Assembly: GCA_017421025.1 (NCBI GenBank)
Contig: JAFQME010000015.1
Span: 5,399 to 69,398, forward strand
DNA: 64,000 nucleotides
Direction of reading: 5' to 3'
From: Oscillospiraceae bacterium
GTDB lineage: Bacteria > Bacillota > Clostridia > Oscillospirales > JAAYXM01
Part shown: piece after piece, positions 54,875-63,243 of the stretch
Layout of the letters: every line of letters starts with the position of its first letter
Numbering within the stretch: position 1 is the first letter of the stretch
Program-made: the position numbers and the translations under genes
Notes under the pieces: generated by a model
Database searches by the model: none
Told to the model about the DNA's origin: nothing
Seen by the model: the letters and a program-made list of their open reading frames with translations, nothing else

Positions 54875-54903
54875 ATTTTACCACATCGGAAGCAAAATGT
54901 AAA
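54875..54903 (-). promoter_or_regulatory. sigma-A-type promoter driving the structured leader
   Basis: On the minus strand: TTTACA, a 17-nt spacer, then TGgTAAAAT. The predicted start falls at the 5' end of the outer stem. Confidence 0.5.
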
Positions 54904-54909
54904 GCCAAG

Positions 54910-54950
54910 AAAAAAGGCTTGAAGGATTTCCTTCAAGCCTTTTCTTTTTT
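54910..54950. terminator. bidirectional terminator
   Basis: aaggcttgaagg / ccttcaagcctt stem flanked by A and T runs. Confidence 0.8.
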
Positions 54951-55639
54951 TACATTCCAAATCCGCCGCCGACGATGAGTGTCTCGCCTGTGACAAACTC
55001 GGCTTCTGCGAAAAAGAGAGCGGCGTGCGCCACATCTGCGGGAGTGCCGATTCTTCCGAGTGGTGTTTCGTCGACAAGTGCGGCTTTGTCTGCCGCAGAC
55101 AGCCGTGCATTCATCTCGGTTTCAATCACACCCGGGGCAATACAATTGACCGTGATGCCGGACGGACCGAGCTCTTTTGCAAGGGCACGGGTGAATCCGA
55201 TCATGCCTGCTTTCGAGGCGGAGTAATGGGTTTCGCATGAGCCGCCCACCACACCCCAAACTGAGGAAATGTTGATGATACGCCCGAATTTTTTTGCAAT
55301 CATCCCACGGGACGCCGCTTTCGAGCATAAAAAGACGGATTTTAAGTTGGTGTTAAGCATTTGATCCCAATCGGCTTCCGAGAGGTCGGAAAGGGTTCCG
55401 AATTGGGAAATCCCTGCATTGTTGATCAGGATATCCACATCCCCAATCTGTGAAAAGAGAGCGTCTACCGACTCGGCATCCGAAACATCGCAGTAGACCG
55501 GGGTGACAGGAAGCTGCGACAAGGTATCGGTTGTGTTGCGATAGGTTGCAAACACAGTGTATCCACGATTGGCAAAGGCTTCTGCAATTGCATATCCGAT
55601 GCCACGGGATGCCCCTGTGACCAGCACTTTTTTACTCAC
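54950..55639 (-). CDS. SDR family oxidoreductase (FabG-like)
   Basis: GTG 55639 lies 9 nt after GAGGAGG. VLVTGASRGIG, NNAG and YSASKAG motifs are present. Confidence 0.82.
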   Translation of the reverse strand: MSKKVLVTGASRGIGYAIAEAFANRGYTVFATYRNTTDTLSQLPVTPVYCDVSDAESVDALFSQIGDVDILINNAGISQFGTLSDLSEADWDQMLNTNLKSVFLCSKAASRGMIAKKFGRIINISSVWGVVGGSCETHYSASKAGMIGFTRALAKELGPSGITVNCIAPGVIETEMNARLSAADKAALVDETPLGRIGTPADVAHAALFFAEAEFVTGETLIVGGGFGM

Positions 55640-56489
55640 CCTGCGGCACCTCCTCTGCCTGCGGGGCAAGAGATGGATCAAAACGGACCCGCAGGGAGTC
55701 CACAAACACTACCATGGTGGTATGGTAATACGGCAGGAAGAACAGATTCCCGACCAGCCCGGAAAGGGAAACAAAGAAACGCCAGAGGATAAAGCTCAAC
55801 TCCATCAGGAAGAACTCGACCAAATGCCCACGAGTGATGGCAACCGAGTGCCTTACCGCACCGAATACCCCGATGGATGGATTGTCTGCAAACAGGTAGG
55901 TGGCAGGGGTGTAAGCAAGGGATTTCCCTGCATACAGAATCAAAGCGATTGGATAAAGGAAGGCGCTGATTTCCGCCAAAACCAAAGACTGCATCGTGTA
56001 TGCCGCATACAGCAAACAAACAGGAAGCAGGAGGAATAAAACCAACCACAAAAGCTTCAAAAACCCAACCAAAAAGGAGAGTCCCATACTGCGAAGTACC
56101 AAGCCAAGGTCACAGAAGATGGAAAGTGCGACCGGTGCCTTCGGTTTCTGCAAACGTGCCACTCCGATGAAGAAACGGGAAAGCCCCACGGAAAGCGGTG
56201 AGACCACCAGCCAATACAGCAGAAGCATCACACCGACCAAAAGCAGATAGTTCCTGCTGATCGGGTTGGGGAACAGAATTGCAAGGAGCTCTGCATAGGT
56301 AGCAGGCGGCTCTTTGAGCATCGCCGGATCAATTGGCGGGAGAATCACTTGGAGCGTAAATGTGGTTGCAAGCACATAGAACAGGACAAGGAAAATCGAA
56401 CGAAACCAATTTCCCGGAAGTGCCCGCTTTGCATGGAATTTCATGCGGATGCGCCGCAAAGTCATGGTTGATAAGGATTCTTTCGGCAT
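55632..56489 (-). CDS. DUF975-like polytopic membrane protein
   Basis: HAKRALPGNWFRSIFLVLFY N-terminus followed by multiple TM helices. AAGGAGG RBS. It overlaps the SDR start by 8 nt. Confidence 0.6.
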   Translation of the reverse strand: MPKESLSTMTLRRIRMKFHAKRALPGNWFRSIFLVLFYVLATTFTLQVILPPIDPAMLKEPPATYAELLAILFPNPISRNYLLLVGVMLLLYWLVVSPLSVGLSRFFIGVARLQKPKAPVALSIFCDLGLVLRSMGLSFLVGFLKLLWLVLFLLLPVCLLYAAYTMQSLVLAEISAFLYPIALILYAGKSLAYTPATYLFADNPSIGVFGAVRHSVAITRGHLVEFFLMELSFILWRFFVSLSGLVGNLFFLPYYHTTMVVFVDSLRVRFDPSLAPQAEEVPQGE

Positions 56490-56632
56490 GAAGTTTGCCT
56501 CCTTGTATGGAAAACTGATATTAGTATACCAAACTTTTCCTCTGATGTAAAACCTTTCTTTGAAAAAGAGACATCTTCGTTGACAGATGGAGCGAATTAT
56601 AGTAGGATGAACGTAAGAAGGAGGGATGTTGG

Positions 56633-56920
56633 ATGGCGCTCAATCCCAAATGCCCGAACTGCGGTAGCGGTCGGGTGCAACTGTCCAACGAAACAAGCAA
56701 ACACGGATGTTTTTGGATGCTTGTGTTTGGAATCTATTATTTCATGTGGATCATAATAAAATGGACGATTGGACTGATGATCCTGGTCTACTATGATTGG
56801 TGGATGGCAATCATAAAAGCCTGTTTGGGAAAAGGGTACGTATGGCAATCCGGCAGATGGTTTTCCGCTCGGAAACGAGTGTTCTACTGCCATGACTGCG
56901 GCTATAATTTCCGAGGATAA
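56633..56920 (+). CDS. small membrane protein with split zinc-ribbon (CPNCG ... CHDCG)
   Basis: 95 aa with two CxxC pairs flanking two Trp/Tyr-rich TM helices. AAGGAGGG RBS. A TTGACA-17-TAGGAT promoter lies at 56580-56608. Confidence 0.6.
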   Translation: MALNPKCPNCGSGRVQLSNETSKHGCFWMLVFGIYYFMWIIIKWTIGLMILVYYDWWMAIIKACLGKGYVWQSGRWFSARKRVFYCHDCGYNFRG

Positions 56921-56921
56921 C

Positions 56922-56988
56922 AAAAAAACACCGTGGCCTTGAGGCGGTTGGTCTAAGGGATCAACCGCCTTGCGCCACGGTGTTTTCG
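56922..56988. terminator. bidirectional nested terminator
   Basis: aacaccgtggc / gccacggtgtt outer stem and aggcggttg / caaccgcct inner stem. Confidence 0.8.
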
Positions 56989-56998
56989 TTTACTCAGA

Positions 56999-58768
56999 TT
57001 ACTTGGAGAGACGATCCTTCAAAGCATTGAGCTGATTGGTCATCTCAGCCGGCATTCTGTCGCCAAAGTCTGCATAGAACTCTTCCAGACCCTTGACATC
57101 TTCCATCCAGAGAGCCGGATCAACGGTCAAGATGCTCTTCAAGGTTTCGATATCGAAGTCCTTGATGCCCTCGAGGTTGATGTCTTCAGCATTCGGGACA
57201 TAACCGATTGCGGTTTCCTGAGCGCCAACCTTGCCTTCGCAACGGTTGATGATCCACTCGAGAACACGCATGTTGTCGCCGAAGCCCGGCCATACGAAGT
57301 GACCTTCGTCGTCCTGACGGAACCAGTTGGTGTGGAAGATCTTCGGCTGCTTGCCGATCTTGCCGCCCATTTCGACCCAATGTCCGAAATAGTCAGCCAT
57401 GTTGTAACCGCAGAACGGCTTCATTGCCATCGGGTCACGACGGACAACGCCGACTGCACCGGTAGCTGCTGCGGTGGTTTCACTTGCCATAGCGGAGCCA
57501 ACGAAGACACCGTGGTTCCAATCGAAGGACTGGTAAACCAGCGGAGCGGTCTTTGCACGGCGGCCGCCGAAGATGATTGCGGAAATCGGAACACCCTGAT
57601 CAGCTTCGAACTGATCGGAAATGCACGGGCACTGTGCTGCCGGAGCGGTGAAGCGGCTGTTCGGATGAGCGCCCTTCTCGCCCTTGGAAGCATCCCACGG
57701 CTCGCCCTTCCAGTTGAGAGCCTCTGCCGGCGGGTTCTTATCCAGGCCTTCCCACCACACGGTGTTGTCAGCGAGGTTGTGAACCACGTTGGTGAAGATG
57801 GTGTTCTTCTGGCAGGTGAGGAGTGCATTCGGGTTGGACTTCATGTTGGTACCCGGAGCAACGCCGAAGAAGCCTGCTTCCGGATTGACTGCCCACAGAC
57901 GGCCGTCGGAACCGATGCGGAGCCAAGCAATGTCGTCACCGACACACTCAACTTCGTAACCGTTCTTGCGATAGCCTTCCGGCGGAATCAGCATAGCGAG
58001 GTTGGTCTTGCCGCAAGCGGACGGGAATGCAGCGGTGACATAGAACTTCTCACCGTTCGGCTTCTTGATGCCGAGGATGAGCATATGCTCTGCCATCCAG
58101 CCTTCCTTCTTTGCCTGATAAGAAGCGATACGCAGAGCGAAGCACTTCTTGCCGAGCAGAACGTTTCCGCCGTAACCGGAGTTGATGGACCAAATGGTGT
58201 TGTCCTGCGGGAACTGGACAATGTAACGCTTCTCTTCGTCCAACTCTGCACGAGCATGCAGGCCGTGTACGAAATCCTCGCTGTCGCCCAGAACGTCAAG
58301 AACCTTCTGGCCGATGCGGGTCATGATTGCCATGTTGAGAACAACATAGATCGAGTCGGTGAGTTCGATACCGACCTTTGCAAACGGGGAGGTCGGGACA
58401 CCCATGCTGAACGGAAGGACGTACATGGTGCGGCCCTTGTAAGAACCGTCGTACAGCTTGCCGAGCATATCATATGCTTCAGCCGGATCCATCCAGTTAT
58501 TGGTCGGACCTGCTTCTTCCTTGGTCGGGGTGCAGATGAAGGTACGATGCTCAACACGAGCAACGTCGTTTACTGCAGTTCTGTGGAGATAGCAGCCCGG
58601 GAGTTTTTCTTCGTTCAACTTGATCATTTCGCCGGTCTTAACTGCTTCTGCGCGCAGTTCGTCCAGCTGTGCTTCGCTACCGTCAATCCAAACCACGTTT
58701 TCCGGCTTGGTGAGAGCGATCATTTCGTCAACCCATTTGTTGACAGCTTTGTTAGTAGTTAAGCTCAT
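56999..58768 (-). CDS. pck: phosphoenolpyruvate carboxykinase (GTP)
   Basis: 589 aa. FPSACGKTNLAM kinase-1a motif and a GTP-PEPCK-type N-terminus. High-expression codon usage. Confidence 0.93.
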   Translation of the reverse strand: MSLTTNKAVNKWVDEMIALTKPENVVWIDGSEAQLDELRAEAVKTGEMIKLNEEKLPGCYLHRTAVNDVARVEHRTFICTPTKEEAGPTNNWMDPAEAYDMLGKLYDGSYKGRTMYVLPFSMGVPTSPFAKVGIELTDSIYVVLNMAIMTRIGQKVLDVLGDSEDFVHGLHARAELDEEKRYIVQFPQDNTIWSINSGYGGNVLLGKKCFALRIASYQAKKEGWMAEHMLILGIKKPNGEKFYVTAAFPSACGKTNLAMLIPPEGYRKNGYEVECVGDDIAWLRIGSDGRLWAVNPEAGFFGVAPGTNMKSNPNALLTCQKNTIFTNVVHNLADNTVWWEGLDKNPPAEALNWKGEPWDASKGEKGAHPNSRFTAPAAQCPCISDQFEADQGVPISAIIFGGRRAKTAPLVYQSFDWNHGVFVGSAMASETTAAATGAVGVVRRDPMAMKPFCGYNMADYFGHWVEMGGKIGKQPKIFHTNWFRQDDEGHFVWPGFGDNMRVLEWIINRCEGKVGAQETAIGYVPNAEDINLEGIKDFDIETLKSILTVDPALWMEDVKGLEEFYADFGDRMPAEMTNQLNALKDRLSK

Positions 58769-58803
58769 TGGTGTGAACTCCTTTCCAAATTAGGTCAGTA
58801 TAT

Positions 58804-58832
58804 ATTATATTGTAGTTTTTACAAGATTGCAA
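58804..58832 (-). promoter_or_regulatory. sigma-A-type promoter of pck
   Basis: TTGCAA, a 17-nt spacer, then TATAAT. Confidence 0.6.
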
Positions 58833-58884
58833 GAATTTATTTGCCAAAAAAAGAAATATTTTCTGCTTTTTTTGTACATCTTTG

Positions 58885-60132
58885 CTAGTTTTCCTGCCAG
58901 GCACGGTAAAATCCACGTTTTTGCGGCGTGCCGACCACCGAAATTGAAGCACGGGAGAAATCGAAAATCCGCTTTGCAAGGGATCGTACTTGCTCCAAAG
59001 TGACAGCGCCCAACGCCTCCACAACCTCCTCGGGAGTCACAAGACGTTTTTCCCGAATGATCCCGTTTGCTAAAGTATTCATATGCGCCACCGTGCTTTC
59101 CAAACCCATGTAAATGTTGGAGATTGCCTGCTCACGGACACGGCAGAGCTTTTCCTCGGTGATACTCTCGCTCAAACGGCAGAGCTCCTCACGGATAAGG
59201 GAGAGTGCTGCACACTCGGCACCCGGATGCGTTGCGGTGTAAATACAGAAAGAACCGAGGTCCTCATACGTGCTGACAAACGAGGAAATCGCATAGCAGA
59301 GACCTGCTTCTTCCCGGACAGACTGGAAGAGCAGTGAGGACATTCCACCGCCCACCAAGGAATTAAGCAGACGCATGGCGTGCCGCTCGGGAGAGCCGTA
59401 GGGCAAAGCAGGAAAAGCGATGCACAGGTGATTTTGCTCGGTCTCCTTTTTGCAAAGGGTGATGGACGGGGTGTATTCGGCAGGAGTGACGGCCGGCGCA
59501 GGGGCGCTCGGGAGAGAAGAAAAACGCTCCGAAAGTTCTGCAAGAAGCGCCTCGTCAAAACTTCCCGCAACCGAGACCACCACCGCCGAGCCCACATAGT
59601 GACTGTCACGGTAAGTGCGCAGGGTTTCTCCGGTCATGGCACGCAGCGCCTTCTTAGTGCCCAAAATGGGTCGCCCCAAAGCACTGCCCCGGTAAATTGC
59701 GGCATTCAAGCGGTCTGCCGCAAGGTCCTCGGGCGAGTCTTGGTACATCCCGATCTCCTCAAATACCACACCACGCTCCAATTTGAGATCGGAGTCTGAG
59801 AGGCGAGCGTGGAACACCATGTCACAAAGCAAATCCGCCGCTTTCTGCGCATGGGTGTCCAACACACGTGCATAAAAACAGGTGCAATCCATTGCGGTAA
59901 AGGCATTGATTTGACCGCCGATTGCATCCATTTCCTCGGCAAGTGCCCGTGCGGTACGGTTCTCGGTGCCTTTGAACACCATGTGTTCCAGCAAATGCGA
60001 GATGCCGCAAAGCTCTTCCGGCTCATGCCGTGCACCCGACTGCACCCAAATCCCAAGTGCGGTGGTGCGGGCGCCCGGAATCCGCTCATAAGCAAGGGTC
60101 ACTCCATTTGGTAACATTCGAAATTCTTGCAT
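58885..60132 (-). CDS. M16 family zinc peptidase (insulinase-like, MlpA/YmxG-type)
   Basis: HxxEH motif in GISHLLEHMVFKGT. It lies downstream of pnp, as in Bacillus. Confidence 0.85.
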   Translation of the reverse strand: MQEFRMLPNGVTLAYERIPGARTTALGIWVQSGARHEPEELCGISHLLEHMVFKGTENRTARALAEEMDAIGGQINAFTAMDCTCFYARVLDTHAQKAADLLCDMVFHARLSDSDLKLERGVVFEEIGMYQDSPEDLAADRLNAAIYRGSALGRPILGTKKALRAMTGETLRTYRDSHYVGSAVVVSVAGSFDEALLAELSERFSSLPSAPAPAVTPAEYTPSITLCKKETEQNHLCIAFPALPYGSPERHAMRLLNSLVGGGMSSLLFQSVREEAGLCYAISSFVSTYEDLGSFCIYTATHPGAECAALSLIREELCRLSESITEEKLCRVREQAISNIYMGLESTVAHMNTLANGIIREKRLVTPEEVVEALGAVTLEQVRSLAKRIFDFSRASISVVGTPQKRGFYRAWQEN

Positions 60133-60149
60133 GGTAACTCTCCTGTGTG

Positions 60150-60181
60150 AAAAGGCGGACAGCCGATGCTGCCCGCCTTTT
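60150..60181. terminator. hairpin between pnp and the M16 peptidase gene
   Basis: aaaaggcggacagc / gctgcccgcctttt. Confidence 0.65.
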
Positions 60182-60185
60182 GGAT

Positions 60186-62306
60186 TTATTTCTGTTCCTG
60201 CTTTGCGAGTTCGTTGTAAGCGTCCTTACGGGACAGGTTGATTCTGCCCTTTTCGTCAATCTCGGTGACCTTGACCCAAGTCATGTCGCCAACATTGAGG
60301 ACATCTTCCACCTTTTCAACACGCTTGTTCTCGAGCTTCGAGATATGGACCAAGCCGTCCTTGCCCGGAGCGATTTCGACGAATGCGCCGAACTGCATCA
60401 GGCGGACAACCTTACCGTAGTACATTGCACCGACTTCCGGATCCAAAACGATGGCTTCGATGGTCTTTTTCGCCTTTTCGCAAGCTTCCTGCTCAATGCC
60501 GGAGATGTAGACACTGCCGTCATCTTCGATGTCGATCTTTGCACCGGTATCAGCAACGATCTTCTGAATCACGCTGCCACCCTTACCGATAACGTCACGG
60601 ATCTTTTCCGGATCGATGGTCATGTGGATCATCTTCGGAGCGTACTTGGAAAGTTCCCCTCTCGGCTGAGCGATGCACGGGAGCATGATCTCGTCGAGAA
60701 TCTTGTAACGTGCGTCACGGCAGGTGGTGAGTGCGCTGCGGATGATTTCCGGAGTCAGACCGTCAATCTTAAGGTCCATCTGGATTGCGGTGATACCTGC
60801 TTTGGTACCGCCAACCTTAAAGTCCATATCGCCGTAGAAGTCTTCTACGCCCTGGATGTCAACAAACGTGAGCCACTCATCGTCACGGGTGACCAAACCG
60901 CAGGAGATACCTGCAACCGGAGCCTTGATCGGAACGCCTGCATCCATCAGCGCCAAAGTGGAACCGCAGATGGAGCCCTGAGAAGTGGAGCCGTTGGAGC
61001 TGAGCACTTCGGAAACCAGGCGGATGCAGTACGGGAACTCATCCTCACTCGGAATGACCGGAACCAGTGCACGTTCAGCGAGCGCACCGTGACCGATTTC
61101 ACGGCGACCCGGGCTGCGGCTCGGACGAGCTTCACCGACCGAGTAGGACGGGAAGTTGTAATGGTGCATATAACGCTTGAATTCCTGCTCATAGATGGTG
61201 TCGAGCTTCTGCTGGTCAGCGATGGTGCCCAGAGTTGCGACGGTGAGGACCTGAGTCTGACCACGGGTGAACATGCCCGAACCATGGGTACGGGGCAGAA
61301 TGCCGACTTCTGCAGCCAGCGGACGGATTTCGTCGAGTGCACGACCGTCAACACGCTTGCCCTGGAGGAGCCAATCACGAACGACCAGCTTCTGCAGCTT
61401 GTAGAGCACTTCGCCGAGGTTTGCCTCGATTTCCGGGAACTGCTCGGAGAACTTTTCGATCAATTCGTTTGAGAGCTCAAGCAGGCGAGCGTCACGGATG
61501 AGCTTGTCATCGGTGTCCATGCAGTAGCGAACCTTGTCGGTTGCATCTGCCTTTACAGCCTCAAAGAGTTCCATATCAAACGGATTCTTTGCATAATCAA
61601 ATTTCTCAAGACCGATTTCCGCCTTGATGTTGGAAATGAAGACAACGAGTTTCTTGATTTCTTCATGTGCGAGCATGATCGCATCAAACATGGTGTCTTC
61701 CGGGATTTCGTTTGCACCTGCTTCGATCATGACCACCTTCTGAGCGGTACCGGCAACGGTGAGCGCCAAGGTGCTCTTTTCACGCTGAGCGGAGGTCGGG
61801 TTGACCACAAATTCGCCGTCAACCATGCCGATGTTCACACCTGCAATCGGGCCTGCCCACGGAATGTCCGAAATGGACAGCGCAATGGAAGTACCCAGCA
61901 TTGCAACGATTTCCGGAGCACAATCATTGTCAACCGAGAGAACGGTTGCAGCAATTGCAACGTCGTTTCTCATGTCGCTCGGGAAGAGCGGACGAATCGG
62001 ACGGTCGATCAAACGGGAAGAGAGGATTGCACGCTCGCCCGGACGACCCTCACGGCGCATAAAGCTGCCCGGGATACGACCAACCGAGTACAAACGCTCT
62101 TCAAAATCAACCGAAAGCGGGAAGAAGTCGATTCCTGCACGCGGCTTTTCAGAAGCGGTAGCGGTGACCAAAACAACGGTGTCACCGTAGCTGACCAGGC
62201 AGGAGCCGTTTGCAAGACCTGCCATTTTGCCGCTCTCAACAATGAGAGGACGGCCCGCAAGCTGAGTTTCATACTTGCGATACTTGGTAAATTGCATTTT
62301 TTTCAT
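60186..62306 (-). CDS. pnp: polyribonucleotide nucleotidyltransferase (PNPase)
   Basis: 706 aa with two RNase PH domains, a KH domain (IGKGGSVIQKI) and an S1 domain (GKVVRLMQFGAFVEI). Confidence 0.97.
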   Translation of the reverse strand: MKKMQFTKYRKYETQLAGRPLIVESGKMAGLANGSCLVSYGDTVVLVTATASEKPRAGIDFFPLSVDFEERLYSVGRIPGSFMRREGRPGERAILSSRLIDRPIRPLFPSDMRNDVAIAATVLSVDNDCAPEIVAMLGTSIALSISDIPWAGPIAGVNIGMVDGEFVVNPTSAQREKSTLALTVAGTAQKVVMIEAGANEIPEDTMFDAIMLAHEEIKKLVVFISNIKAEIGLEKFDYAKNPFDMELFEAVKADATDKVRYCMDTDDKLIRDARLLELSNELIEKFSEQFPEIEANLGEVLYKLQKLVVRDWLLQGKRVDGRALDEIRPLAAEVGILPRTHGSGMFTRGQTQVLTVATLGTIADQQKLDTIYEQEFKRYMHHYNFPSYSVGEARPSRSPGRREIGHGALAERALVPVIPSEDEFPYCIRLVSEVLSSNGSTSQGSICGSTLALMDAGVPIKAPVAGISCGLVTRDDEWLTFVDIQGVEDFYGDMDFKVGGTKAGITAIQMDLKIDGLTPEIIRSALTTCRDARYKILDEIMLPCIAQPRGELSKYAPKMIHMTIDPEKIRDVIGKGGSVIQKIVADTGAKIDIEDDGSVYISGIEQEACEKAKKTIEAIVLDPEVGAMYYGKVVRLMQFGAFVEIAPGKDGLVHISKLENKRVEKVEDVLNVGDMTWVKVTEIDEKGRINLSRKDAYNELAKQEQK

Positions 62307-62353
62307 GTGTCTTTCTCCTTTTTCTTTTTATTTCCTGAGAAAGACCGCTGTGG

Positions 62354-62408
62354 GTTTAGCATTTGAACATACAGCCGACCTTTTCGGCAGCACATTCAAC
62401 TGCTAAAC
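62354..62408 (-). promoter_or_regulatory. long irregular hairpin in the pnp 5' leader
   Basis: gtttagca/tgctaaac, ttgaa/ttcaa and gccga/tcggc nested stems lie between the rpsO terminator and the pnp RBS. Confidence 0.55.
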
Positions 62409-62435
62409 GGTACCACGTGCGGCTTCCTCGTTAAG

Positions 62436-62480
62436 ACAACAAAAGGGTAAGAAGCGCGGAAGGTCTCCTGCTTCTTACCC
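62436..62480 (-). terminator. rpsO terminator
   Basis: On the minus strand: gggtaagaagc / gcttcttaccc stem followed by ttttgttgt. Confidence 0.75.
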
Positions 62481-62490
62481 GTTTCGCTAC

Positions 62491-62757
62491 TTACTTTCTG
62501 AGTCCGAGCTTTGCAACGATTGCACGGTAACGCTCAATGTCCTTCTTCTGGAGGTAGTTGAGCAGGCTACGGCGGTTACCAACCATCTTCAGCAGGCCAC
62601 GACGGGAGTGGTTGTCCTTCTTGTGGACCTTCAGATGCTCGGTGAGCTGAGCAATACGCTCGGTCAGGATTGCGATCTGCACTTCAGGAGAACCGGTATC
62701 GGTCTCATGCAGGCGGTTGTTTGCGATGACTGCAGTCTTCTGTTCTTTCTGGATCAT
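62491..62757 (-). CDS. rpsO: 30S ribosomal protein S15
   Basis: 88 aa, [35 protein letters not shown]...[15 protein letters not shown] 62757 follows AAAGGTGA. Confidence 0.95.
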   Translation of the reverse strand: MIQKEQKTAVIANNRLHETDTGSPEVQIAILTERIAQLTEHLKVHKKDNHSRRGLLKMVGNRRSLLNYLQKKDIERYRAIVAKLGLRK

Positions 62758-62790
62758 GGTACATTCACCTTTCAAAATAAATTTCCCAAA

Positions 62791-62926
62791 AGCAGAGTAT
62801 GAGGCGGGTGAAACCCTCGGATCAAACCGAGCAGATGTCCTCAAACTGTGACAATGGGTTTCGTGCATGAATAGTATCCACTATCACACGCTCTGCTATT
62901 CTATCATGCTTTGTGAGAAAAGTAAA
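62791..62926 (-). promoter_or_regulatory. rpsO promoter and structured leader
   Basis: On the minus strand: TTTACT, a 17-nt spacer, then TGaTAGAAT (62926-62898). The leader is closed by AGCAGAG (62897-62891) pairing with CUCUGCU (62797-62791). Confidence 0.5.
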
Positions 62927-62988
62927 GAACTTTTTTGCATAAATTTTATCTTTTTTGGAAAGATTGAACGGAAAAAGGAGGTGACGGT

Positions 62989-63171
62989 ATGAAAGCGATT
63001 GTGGATCAGGACGGGTGCATCGCCTGCGGTTTGTGCGTGAGTATGTGTCCGGATGTCTTTTCCTGGAATGACGACGGCAAAGCGGACGGGGGTGAAGTCC
63101 CGGCGGAATTTGCAGAGCGTGCAAAGGACGCCCGGGATGGTTGTCCGGTCAGTGTCATCGACATCAAGTAG
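62989..63171 (+). CDS. small single-cluster ferredoxin
   Basis: 60 aa. CIACGLCVSMCP plus a distal Cys (DGCPV). AAGGAGGTG RBS. Confidence 0.85.
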   Translation: MKAIVDQDGCIACGLCVSMCPDVFSWNDDGKADGGEVPAEFAERAKDARDGCPVSVIDIK

Positions 63172-63243
63172 GGACAAGAAAGGCAGACTATGAGAAAAAC
63201 ACTCGCCATATACTAAACCATCACAGAAAAGGCGGTGTTTTTC

